Assembly (NCBI RefSeq): GCF_000143415.4
Contig: NW_003314385.1
Location: forward strand, 277,296 to 341,295
Reading direction: 5' to 3'
Source of the DNA: Selaginella moellendorffii
Lineage: Eukaryota; Plantae; Lycopodiophyta
Length of the DNA: 64,000 nucleotides
In this document: positions 52,694-64,000 of the stretch, piece after piece
How positions within the stretch are numbered: position 1 is the first letter of the stretch
Layout of the letters: the number at the start of each line of letters is the position of its first letter
Position numbers and translations under genes: made by a program
The notes under the pieces: generated by a model
What the model saw: the letters and a program-made list of their open reading frames with translations, nothing else
The model's database searches: none
What the model was told of the DNA's origin: nothing

Positions 52694-55390
52694 TAGATGG
52701 ATAATATCAAAGTCATAGATAATGATAACTTAGAGACTTAATTATTAGTGATTAAATATTAGATTAGAACACAAAAGTATCTAAGTAAGTTATCAACCGA
52801 TAAACCAGTATGATAGTATAGGAACCACCAAGATCATCATTTTTGGAAACATAAGATTGACAATCCAACAAAATTCAATAGCAAGTATACCATCAATAAC
52901 ACTTGATGATAAAACTTAATTATCAAAGGTTTCAGATAGCATGCTAAACAACTTACGTAGGATAACTCAAAGAACACAAAGTATCATCGACTAGCAAGAA
53001 AATGCTTGCGAATATATCACTCAAAGGAAATAACATTGAAATCTATCAGAACTAACTTGAGCAACAATCAACAGAACAAAATGAGTGCGGTAAAACCAAC
53101 AAACACCCATTCATATCAACTATCACAGAAGTCAATCTGAATAGATCACAGTCAACAATATGAATGAACTAGAGTTGCTTAAGCAAGCATCAGCAATATT
53201 TTACCGATATCTCAAACCCAAGAGACCAATCCATATATTTGGGCGCAAATGCTTTACAATCATTTCTTGGGTATGGATTTTAGTTACTTTTTCGTACTAG
53301 AGTAATGAGCTTTCGCTTCTTTTTTGGAGAGATGATTTGCAACAAGATCTTAACTCATTGTTCATGTTTACATTATGCAATCAAGAGTCCCTATCTTGAT
53401 GCATGTTGGAAATAATGGTCTTGCAAGTGGTGAGTCATGGGATGAATAGTAGTGAAGCATTATACCATTTTGTCTAGGCTTGCTATTAAAGATTGGGGTT
53501 GCAATGCTCAATTCTTTTTTGGGGAACCTTGCTATTGCTCCTTGAGTAGCTTGGTGTTGGATTAGTTTTGAGTTTGGTCAGAAAGAGAATGGCATGAGCT
53601 TGTTCATGTTGTGAACAAAAGTTAGTGATGTTAGATGTTGTAAATCTCTATTGGTGGAGTGTGGTAGTTATGTTGCATTTTATCAAATAGAGTTGGCATT
53701 TGATATTCACATAAATTTTTGTAGTAATGACATAGGCACTGCTTGTAGTGTTGCTCAATTGATGACCAAGTCATTGTGATACTTATATCATATCCATGTG
53801 ATAATGAGCAATGTGTTTACAAAGTTACTTGGGTAAGCGATGATCAACCCCAAAGTGGTTGATGGAGAAGCTAGTCTACTTGCATATAGTAGCATTATAG
53901 TAGCTTTGACTGGATTCTCAATAATGATCCATTATACTAAGCATAAGTTGATACCTTGGATCTTGAAGGTGGTTGAAGAAAAGTGTTGGTGCAATATGGA
54001 TATCCGAAGATATAGTGTTCGTGATCAAGCCTTGGATGTTCATTTTTGCATCTTGCGGATATCGAGTTGGAAGTCAGAAATATGGGCAAAGATGTTCAAT
54101 GCTTAAACATATTATGGGTCTTGAGAATTTGTGTTAAGGTGAACTTATGTGAAGTTGTAGGTAGGAGGAAGTTGGATGAGTTTTGAAAGTCTGCATTTCT
54201 GGACTAAGAGTCATTTTTTCTCTAGAATGGAAAATTTTCCATAAATTTTCTTAGACTTATCCAATGGCTGATTTGTTAATCACTTTTCTCAAAAACCATT
54301 CTATTTTCGTAAGCCAATACAAACTAATGAAGGGGTTGGAATTGACCTTGGTTAACTTAGACCTTAGTAGGTGGTTTGTATGATGCGACCCGAAAGGGAT
54401 GTTGACTTTTGGGGCTAACACAATTGAGTTGGATAGAGTCTAGAGTTGATGTAAAAAAGTGGCCATTGTGCTTTTCTAAGAAAGGTGACCTTTGTACCTT
54501 TCTTCTATAGTGTTGTGCTTGGTGGTAGGTTGCACCTTGCATTTTATTAGACTCTATGAGAGCAATGAGCTCTTATTGATCTTGACTTGGTCTTGGTGGC
54601 CCTACACCTTGGTTGAGGATAGTAATGTCCAACTTAGTTGTTGTGGTTGAGATGTTAGTATGCATACTATAGCTTTGTATATGAGGAGGTTGTGTACAAT
54701 TATGAGTCCATGTCATGGTCTTCACTTTAATTTTGAATAAGTGTTAATCATGCATAACTAGCCTCTTTAAGGCATGCTCAGAGCTAGTGGCTAAATGCAT
54801 TAGTGAGTTTATTGCGGTTGAGTTGGATTCTAGTGGTAATTTAGTCATGGACTATGCTAACTTGATGAGAAGAAGGGTTAATGATCGATATTGAAGTGCT
54901 TGAGTCTTTACTATATTTGAGTTGGGATATATCAATCTTTGATGATTCTTCTTGTACTTGTTATGAAGTGAGTTATGTCTTGCTATAGATGGATTCATGG
55001 AGGATCATTTAGTAATCACTTGTTGAGCATAGCTCCATTGTGTTTAGCTTTTGGATTGATGCAACTGTGCTTTTCATTAGCTTTGGCATTGTGAAGTTTA
55101 GCTTTTGGATGTGTTAAGGAAGTAATTAGTGGTCATACTAATGATTTCTTCTTTAGCATTGAAGTTAATTCATGTGAAACTTGTGATCATTATTATGAGA
55201 GACCTGGCTATAAGCTTCTTCAAACTTTTTGTTCCTTGAGTTTTTATGCTCATTGTTCCATTTGTTAGGAGTTGTTAGGGAAGGCATTTTGGCTTATTAA
55301 CTTCAATGTTGAAGTTAGTATTTGCATCTGGCAATCATTTGTGATGATTGACTATCATCTAGGCTAATTTATTATCCTCACCAAAAGGGT
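52694..55390. mobile_element. Degenerate LTR-retroelement-derived repeat
   Basis: Colinear with 45690-47520 and 32130-33010. An inverted fragment recurs at about 55860-56130. Confidence 0.6.
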
Positions 55391-55393
55391 TTT

Positions 55394-55681
55394 ATGCTTT
55401 ATTTCGTTAAAGTGGGACTTATTCAGTAAAGTGGGACATTAATTAGCATGTGTCCACATGCCATTTCCTAGTACTTAATTAATATTTATTAATATTTCTA
55501 TCAGTTTTTTAATTTATTTTTTTATATTTCACAATATTATAACACAAAATCATATGAAAAGTTTTTAATTTATAAATTATAAAGTTAAAACTTCAATTTT
55601 TTATTGTTGTTATAAAAATGGCATGTGGCCACACACCATAAATGGGATAATGAAAAGTCCCACTTTAACGAAATAAAGCAT
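55394..55681. mobile_element. MITE with 27-bp terminal inverted repeats
   Basis: atgctttatttcgttaaagtgggactt (55394-55420) pairs with aagtcccactttaacgaaataaagcat (55655-55681) around an AT-rich interior. No TSD is evident. Confidence 0.75.
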
Positions 55682-56474
55682 TTTTACTTGATTGTTGTTG
55701 ATATAGAATGATTTTCTGTTCTTTAGGATGGTGGATTCCTTCTTTGACGATGATTCTGCATATTTCTTTGTGATGGGATGATTAATGATCTTTTATGATG
55801 ATTAGTTGTTCTCTTTAATGGCTTATGGCTTTTCGCAATATCATATGTTCTTTGTGGTTTGCTCTGGATTGGTCTCTTGGGTTTGAGATATCGGTAGAAT
55901 ATTGCTGACACTTGCTTAAGCAACTTTGGTTCTTTCGTATTGTTGACCGGGATCTATTCAGATTGACTTCTGTGATAATTGACATGAATGGATGTTTGTT
56001 GGTCTTACCACATTCATTTTGTTCTGTTGATTGTTGTTCGAGTTAGTTCTGATAGATTTGGATGTTATTTCCTTTGAGTGATACATTCGCTAGCATTTGT
56101 TTGCCAGTCGATGATACTTTGTGTTTTTTGAGGGGGATGGTCCAAAGTTGAGTTGAGCTCAATTCAACACAAGTCAACTCAAGTCAACATAGTCAATAAG
56201 AAGTATTACAAAGGAAATCTAAATTGAATAAATAAAGGTTCTAGCAAACTTTAAAATATTAAAATACGTAAATATCTAAGTTAAAAGTTTCTATAAGATT
56301 GAATTGTTTAAAAAAGACAAAGTTCATGAGAACCTATATTTTATAAAACTATATTATTTTATTATGACAATTGTTACAGCTGTCATATTTGATTTGACTA
56401 CTTAATATTTTGAATACTTTACAACTGTAGATACTATTCCTTCATTCAAAAGATTTTTTAGGGTTCTTGAGAAG

Positions 56475-57857
56475 ATGAAAAGCAAGGAAAATACAAGATC
56501 TGTGAGTAAGAGTTGTAGTGCAAAGGAATGTGAGAATGCTAATTTTGTTTCACTACCACAATCTCTATATTACACTCCTGGTTTTTATTACCCATCTGAG
56601 AATGTGGAGACCACTATCACGATTGATAAAAATGCTCTTGTTACTTCTGAAACAACAGTCCAGAGCAAGAGAAATGAAGAAATGAGTAGCACGGCGGAAA
56701 GCACCAAGAAATCTACTCCATAAAACTTTCCATGACATTTGTAATTTACATATTAATTCATATTAAAAACTCTGTTGTCTGCCTATATCGCAATCCTCTC
56801 ATATAATAAGACCAAGGTATATTTTGCAATGAATCCTCATTAAAAGTTTTTGGGAATTGTTTGTAAATAATAATGAAAGAAATCAAAATTTTTGAAAGAC
56901 TTAAAAGTAATATCACATCAAAGAATCAACTTTATCTATATTTCCAAGACTGAAAGGCAATCTCACATGAGAGAATGGTAGCGTGCCAACATGCTCTGCC
57001 ACTATAATATGGTCTATATTTCCTTATAGTCTATTTCCCTAGACATTTGGCATGTGTAGAAAAGAATATATGTGTAGCAAAGTAGGATTTCATCATAATG
57101 ATAGAGCATGTGTATACACGATAATCTAAAATTTTAGAAGCTCTTATGTTTACAAGCAAGCTATGATTATGAAGCCCCATTTCCAAGACTGACATTTAAA
57201 GAATTTGAGTATTGTCAGTGTCATACTAAATAAACTTCATTCCTGAGACTACTTAGGATATAAACTATCTAGAAAAGTTATAGTCATCATAGTTTTTTTC
57301 TTCTCCTCCTTGGAAGTTTAAAGAAAGTCACTGCTACTCGTACTTGGCCCTCTAGCATTTCATATCAATTTCCACCTCCATCCCCAAGTTCTACCAACAT
57401 TCCACCTTCACCTCCACATAACAATCCTTTTTTTGCTAAGGGCTCTAGTGAAGTTGAACTAGAGCTCCCTATATGTGAAATTTTGAATCTTGCTACTAGA
57501 GAGGGATTGCCTCCAGCACTTTAAAAGCAATGCCACATGTTTTTGCAAGATCTTGCTCCTGACATCGCAGGACTACTTGAAAGCATAGAACACTATTACA
57601 TTTGGTGTCCAATATACTACTTTTTCTTGGATAAGACAAATGGCTCTATGGGTTTACAAAATTTTCTTGAGCACTATAGGAATTGCCCAACAGCAAGTCT
57701 GGAAAATGTGCATGTGTGGATGTATAATAGATTCAAGAATGAGTTACGGACACATACCCACTATCGCTTCATGGTGAGGAACAACATCCCCTTGGGAAAC
57801 ACTGCATTGGCTAGTGCAAAATATGGGGTTTTTAGGCCACCCTACAGTGGAATGTAA
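56475..57857 (+). pseudogene. Decayed unknown gene convergent with the ParB-MTase gene
   Basis: Protein-like ORF remnants at 56475-56723 and 57537-57857 are separated by stop-riddled sequence. No family was recognised. Confidence 0.35.
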
Positions 57858-58379
57858 CATCTAGAATTACTTTACTATACTATATTATTGTCACTATTAA
57901 AAGAAAAAATATAATAAAATGATATTAGTTGTAGGTAACATACCTTGTTCTAGAAGGTGCTATCATATCACATATAATTATTTACAAAATGTTGAAGGAG
58001 GAGATGGCAACACAGAAGTGCTACAAAGTGATGGTGATAAGTGAGAATGATAATCTGCAATTATGATATTTAACACTGACACTGACATCTGACAATTTTA
58101 CTGACATATGACACTTTCACTAACATCTAACATATAACAAGCTTTCCATTTTATGTAAGGATGCAATTAACTTTCTTCTGCCTCATCATCAACATCATGA
58201 TTTCTTTAATACTTCCTCCTATATTGGTATTGTGGGGAAGATTCACCTTGCATATGTTGAGCCATGGCTTCTGTATAGTCAGGGAGACTTCCAAAGCCTC
58301 CAATTCTAGAAACTCCAGGTGATTGTGATCTATAAAATAGAATTAAACATATATTGAAATTTTAATAAACATAATTTAC

Positions 58380-61300
58380 CTCTTTGAGGTTGGAGGCAAC
58401 TCACGAAATCCTCTGAGCCGGCATTTGAAGAAATGATGTTCTTCAATAGTAAACACCGATACCAGAGTCACGTGCTGCCTCCACTATAGAACCACTACCT
58501 GTTGTGCAATCAATCACAACACCATCTGGTGGGCAATAGAGCTCAAGCAAGACTTGCATTACCAATGGAGTTCGAAATCAATACCCTAAAAACGTGTTGT
58601 GGATTTGCTGATCCACAAGGTTGGGTATGATGTTAGTGGAACTGTCATACCCAAGCAAAACACGTGCTGCACGTTCGTTATCACGAAACCCATCATGTGT
58701 GTTTTTGCAGAACGCATGATAGGTCCATATCATAACCTGGAAAATAAAAATGTTTAGAAATTAGATAAAAATATAAAATATATACTCACCTTTTCAGGCT
58801 TCCCTTGGACGCCCCTCGTATCGATGCCAATAGGATCCATGATGCACCCGGAAGAGAATGATAAAAAAATGTACTTTTGCTGTGCATGTCATAAGCTCAT
58901 ACATCCAGTTAGGGTCATTCGGCAGGATGAAGACAACATGACTAGCTTTGAGTATAAGTGCTTCGGACAATAGGAATGCATTGCGCAAGTGGTTAGGTGT
59001 GAGAAAGTTCCAATCCTCAACTTTCCCATTGATATATAAAAGACCATCTAGAAAGTCGAAGAGAATGAAGTTTGCAACTGGGAGCAAGGGCCTTTGTATC
59101 TTTTGGCACCAATGGTTGAACTGGCACCGTATATCCACGTTGATGTTGTCTTCCATGAAAGATGTCAACAATCTACTATAAGAGCTAATGAAGATACCCA
59201 TAATGCCTCGTTGTGTTATTGGGGACACAGGACGGACCTATAAAAGACCTAAGTGAATGAAAAAAGCAATAAATAGTATGCTACTGTCATATGGCGTGTT
59301 GTCGATGAGAGTTCCTCCTACTCCTTTTCACGAGCATCTCTTCGAGCTAGAATGAAATTACTACCAACAGTCATTGCTGCAAAAAACATGTATTACCACC
59401 TTTAGTTTGTAAAATTCACTATTTCTTACCTCAAGGTTGACATGATATTCTGTGAACCACTTGATCATTGTTATTTACTGGTAGAACCTGATCCGGATCT
59501 TGGTTGTTTGATGGTTGAATTGGAGCCTGATCCTGGTTGTTTGGTGGTGGAACACGAACTTGATCTAGAGCTTCTCCATCCTCGTCTCCATTGTCACTTG
59601 CATTGCTATCGTTGCTAGCATTGATAACTTCCTCACGATTTAGTGTAGATGTCTCCTTCCCTAGGAGCTCCAACTCCCAAGGGCATTCTATCTTCCATGC
59701 CTTCGGAACTTTCGCAAACATTGTTGGGTATATTCCTCCATCCCTTACACCCTTTGCAACAAGTTGAGTGCAAACTAGTGCCTCAAATGGCATGCCTCTA
59801 TATCGAAGATACCTGTAAACAATATATATTAAAAAACAGTCTTAGAAATCATATTATACCTGTACGTTGCACGTCGCATAAAATAAAGTTGACCATGTTG
59901 GCAATCATAAGTTGTTGTGCTTGTAGACTTATCTGGCAGCCACCCCTCTTCAATCCCTTCCAATGACATGTTGATGTAGGTGTCGAAAGACATGAATATG
60001 CCATCTGGGTTGTCACCAATGTGTGGTGCTAAGAACTTCTCACTTTCACTTATAGTTTGCATGCTGTAGACAGCCCTTCTCATCATATTCTCAAATAGTT
60101 CTTCCAGTCCTTTCTCTTTGTTCATCAAACATACATTGAGGAACTCTAGAGTCTCTATCTGTTGCTTATATGGAAGCTTCAATTTTGCGATATTGTAAAT
60201 TATGTCATTTGAAGTTTTGTTCACTGCAAAAGTAACATATGCATAATTAAGAAAAATGAAGTGTGATAAGAAACTTACATTCATGAGAAGAAATTTCAGC
60301 TATAGTCTTTAGCCACTCCTTCGGCCTGTGATTGTCTATAATGCATACTAGTTTCTTCAACTTTGAGGACTTTGCATGCTGAATTTTATGCTCAATTTGT
60401 ACGAACTCAGCTGAGAGCTCTTCCCGACTCTTCTCTGGATATGCAAGTTCGCAAGCATCTTGCTTGACCTTCACCAAAGGCCAAAATCCAAAACAATTAA
60501 AAGAGGCTTTCATAAAATAAAAGGGGAAGACATACCTTACACCATAGGAGCATAAAATTGATTGGGTTGTTGAACCAAGTTATACCGTCATTTCGAGTGC
60601 GTGAGTGCTGAACAAGTGTTGCGAGATCATCACCATAATGTTGGTAGATGTCATCATCACTTAAGTCTGCCAAAAATTGAAGTTGTTTGATGTTATGGAC
60701 AAGGTTTTGTTTTTGAACAGCGAACTACCCAAGCCTACATTTAAACACAATAAAACAAGTTAAAGTGGAGTTAGAGGTAAAACTATAAAACTTACGCATT
60801 GATCTTTTGACAGGCCAAGATAAGTTTGTTGATATCCAAACGTCCCCTCGCGTAGACATGGCCAACTGGAACGTTGATATAGTAGATGGGATTATTGCGA
60901 AAATGATCGTCGATACACTTTATCCAAGCTCCATATCAGTGGTTACCGTCAATAATTTGGAACATTGTCCCCGCAAGTTGTCGAGTCTTAGGATGTCTGA
61001 TAAGCATGTCATCAAATTCTAGGAACTTCCTCCTCCAAATAGGATCCCAGCTATTTACAATCTCGGGTGTGACAGTAATGATCTCTATTATTTCTGGCTT
61101 GCAAAAAGAGACTAGAACATACCGATATTTGTTGCAAGGCCATTCTGTTTGAATAAGTTGTATATATCCGGGTTGACATACTTGGATGCTATGCGGACAA
61201 GGTTCGTCTGCTGCAAACGGCAAAAGGGGATTTCTTTGATCAAGTCACAAGGGCCTAGCCACTTGAGCGCCTCAAGTGTTTGGTGAACTGTTTTTTCCCT

Positions 61301-61770
61301 TGTCTGCATAACAGTCTCTTGGAAGCGCTTGTCCACCACATTGTTAGGAAGGTCTACAACTCTTTCAACGCTATGCTGTTCCTCAGGTTCCCTATCGTGA
61401 ACACCACTAGATTGCCCAACTTCAAGGATTTGTGCTGGTGGTGTGCTAGTGAGGAGTAAAGCTGGAGGTGGCAGTGGTGATGGTGGAGGTGGTGGTGGTG
61501 GTGATGGCAGCGGGGGCGGAGGCAATAGTGGCAGTGGTGGTGGCAATGGTGGTGGTGGCGGTGGTGATGGCGGTGGTGGAGGTGGTGATGGAGGTGGTGG
61601 AGGTGGCGATAGTAGTGGTGGAGATGGTGATGGTGGAGGTGATAGTGGTGGAGGCAGTGAATCTCTAACTAAATGTCTTTCTATTGTGCCAATGGACATG
61701 TCGATCGTGATGTTGTCGTCAGTGCCAAATTGAACTTCTCTGGCTTCAACAACCTTTTTATGTGTTACAA
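58380..61770 (-). pseudogene. Multi-exon ParB/Srx-like domain + beta-class N4/N6 DNA methyltransferase fusion gene (decayed)
   Basis: A Pro-rich N-terminus is followed by ParB-like FQIIDGNH*YGAW (about 60924-60960), motif IV-like ANFILFDFLDG (about 59043-59075) and motif X-I RTPLVMQVLLELYCPPDGVVIDCTTGSGSIVEAA (about 58474-58575). GT-AG introns separate the blocks. Confidence 0.72.
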
Positions 61771-61859
61771 TTTTCCTTTTCTACAAGAAAATATTTTTTT
61801 AGTCAAACTAAATAAAGATAATAAAAAATTCAAACAGTCAAAGAAAAAAAAATCAAATG

Positions 61860-61997
61860 GGCCTAGACTCCACCTCGGGCACTTTGGTTGCCTAGGGGAC
61901 CGAGGTTATTCAAATAACCTTGGCCCCTCCGGCCCCTAAAGTGCCCGAGGTCCAGCTCGGGCCGGCCACCTCAAGCACTTCGGTGGCCGCTAGGGCT
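61860..61997. repeat. Palindromic subterminal repeats of the ParB-MTase element
   Basis: Same ccacctcgggcactttgg and gaggttattcaaataacct units as at 28598-29060. Confidence 0.8.
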
Positions 61998-62846
61998 ATT
62001 GAATTTTTGGCAAAATGATCAACAGATCAACCATTGGAAAAGTTTAAGAAAATTTGTGGAAAATTTTCCATCCCAGAGAAAGAATGACTCTTAATCCAGT
62101 GGTTTAGTCAAAGATGAGACCGAAAAGAGAGTCATCAGGGACGAAGGATCAAACACATAAATCTTCTCTTTTGGAGAGATGATTTGCAACGAGGTGTTAA
62201 GTTATTGCTCGTGTTCACATTATGCAATCGAGAGTCCCTATCTTGATGCATGTTGGAAATGATGGTCTTGCAAGTGGTGAGTCGTGGGATGGATAGTGAT
62301 GAAGTGCTAAACCATTTTGTCTAGGCTTGCTATTAAAGATTGGGGTTGCAATGCTCAATTCTTTTTCGGGGAACTTTGCTATTGCTCCTTGAGCATCTTG
62401 GTGTTGGATTAGTTTTGAGATTGGTCAGAAAGAGAGTGGCATGAGTTTGTCCGTGTTGTGAACAAAAGTTAGTGGTGTTGCATTTTGTCGATTCAAGTTG
62501 GCACTTGATGCTCATATAAACCTTTGAAGTAATGACATAGGTGTTGCTCATGATGTTGCTTGATTGATGATCAAGACATTGTAATTTTTATATCATATCC
62601 ATGTGCTGATGAGCAATGTGTTTACAAAGTTGTTTGGTTAAACGATTATTAACCCCAAAATGGTTGATGGTGAAGTTAATCTACTTACATATAGTAGCAT
62701 TGTAGTAGCTTTAACTGGATTCTTGATGGTGGTCTATTGTGCTAAACTTGAGTTGGGTTTGCCTATAAGGTGTTGGAAAAGAGTTGTAGCATTCATTTGT
62801 TATGGCTTGTCGGTTGATCCGTTAGCACTTAGAGTAAATTGTTAGA

Positions 62847-63420
62847 TGGTCACCCAACCCAGTACTATTCAAACCCAAGGACATTTAACCCCAAGTATCC
62901 CAAGACCCTTAACCAATTGGAAAAGGGGGTGCACTTTTATTCATGAGCCCTTTCCTTCTATATTTGAACCCTATGGACCGTCTCTTGAGTCGTTCCCTTT
63001 GGTTGTTTACAATCCACCACACTTCCCTGCAAGTTCACACCCTCGTGAACGGAAGCTGAGAGCCACAGCTCTCCCGAGAGCCCCGCTCTCTTGACACCCT
63101 ACCCCTCGGGTCGAGCCCAGCGGGAGCAAACTGGACTAGCTAGATGTCAATGTCAATCAATATGTAGTGTAATTCTCCTAGCCAACCAATAGAGTCGGAC
63201 TCGAGACTTCTCTGATACCAAATGTAAGCTCCTGAGTTTGGACTTCACGGGAGGTCACCCAACCCAGTACTATTCAAACCCAAGGACGCTTAACCCCAAG
63301 TATTCTAAGACCCTTAACCAATTGGAAAAAGGGGTGCACTCTTATTCATGGGCCCTTTCCCTCTATATTTGAACCCCATGGACCGTCTCTCGAGTTGTTC
63401 CCTTTGGTTGCTTACAAGAA
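62847..63420 (-). mobile_element. Cassandra-type TRIM with 5S rRNA-derived LTR segment (both LTRs truncated)
   Basis: LTR copies at 62847-63095 and 63223-63420 flank an internal region of about 127 bp with a PBS (ctctgatacca) and a PPT (ccctacccct). The reverse complement of 63240-63293, gttaagcgtccttgggtttgaatagtactgggttgggtgacctcccgtgaagtcc, resembles the plant 5S internal promoter region. Confidence 0.85.
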
Positions 63421-64000
63421 CCCGAGGTTTAAGGCCTTGGGCCACTAAACGAAGGAACAGCGCCAAACCCCCAAGCATGGAGCCAAGGAGTGATGGTACT
63501 GGTCCACGGAGCAACTGCCAAGCATATAGCCCAAGGAGTGAAGGAACAAGGGCATTGAGCAACTTGGAACAGTCTTAGAGTATCCAGCATCCCAATGCCA
63601 GGACCAGCAGGCAAAACAGAGCCAAATGAAGTCTAGCGCTATTTCAGCATACCGGTGGCCTAACGTGAGGACATGGGTACTCCACCAGCTAGCATGGTGT
63701 GGAGTTTGGGCTTAGACCCAAGCCAGACGCAGAACAAGGACAAGCACGCAAGCGGGAGCTAAACTATGCCTCAGGTTGGTCGGCCATGCCCAACCTACCC
63801 ACTATCCCTACTATACATTTGGAACCCCCCGTAGGCCCCTTTATGGAACACATGCTTTGGGCTTTCACCCCAAGCCTCCCTTAGTATTAGGAGTTAGTCT
63901 CTGGGACAAGCTCAAAACTTACTAAATATGGAATGGTGCTAGATTACGAATTTGGACACGGGACAAACACCATTGTGTTCAGGACAATCTCTACATTCCA
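63420..64000. mobile_element. LTR-like repeat, another copy of the 30905-31470 segment
   Basis: Colinear with 30908-31470. Confidence 0.7.

Noticed and set aside
61112-61733. Extensin-like Pro-rich ORF and antisense Gly-rich ORF
   Set aside because: There is no signal peptide or SPPPP/Tyr periodicity. The Pro tract is the N-terminal linker of the ParB-MTase gene, and the Gly-rich ORF is its antisense.
58380-61770. Bacterial or phage contamination as the source of the methyltransferase
   Set aside because: The gene has spliceosomal introns and decay mutations, is embedded among plant repeats, and has a related copy elsewhere in the window.
63240-63293. 5S rRNA gene
   Set aside because: Only the internal portion of about 55 nt is present, and it is embedded in duplicated LTRs.

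Overview
Eukaryotic plant genomic DNA, most likely the lycophyte Selaginella. This is an inference from the compact genes, 48-70 nt introns, PLS-class PPR genes and an axoneme-type beta-tubulin. The window has two halves. Bases 1-26.1 kb are GC-rich and gene-dense: three tandem decaying HSPA12-like atypical Hsp70 copies, a TZP-like zinc knuckle/Plus3 gene, a class 3 lipase, an F-box/kelch gene, tRNA-Leu(CAA), RRP46, a class III peroxidase, beta-tubulin and an RSE1/DDB1-like beta-propeller gene. Bases 26.1-64 kb are AT-rich and repeat-dominated: three copies of a PPR + secreted bulb-type lectin chimera cassette, nested LTR retroelements with recognisable TSDs, a solo LTR, a 5S-rRNA-bearing Cassandra-type TRIM, a MITE and an N gap. 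The most striking item is a decayed, intron-containing gene (58.4-61.8 kb, minus strand) that fuses a ParB/Srx-like domain (IIDGNH[R]) to a beta-class N4/N6 DNA amino-methyltransferase. It lies behind palindromic subterminal repeats shared with a deleted sister copy (28.6-30.3 kb) that carries a SWIM-finger transposase-like C-terminus. Together they suggest a DNA transposon family carrying a phage-style ParB-methyltransferase. Other notable items are a likely U12 minor intron next to a 21-nt micro-exon in RRP46 and four GC-AG introns. All calls were made by eye; no searches were run.
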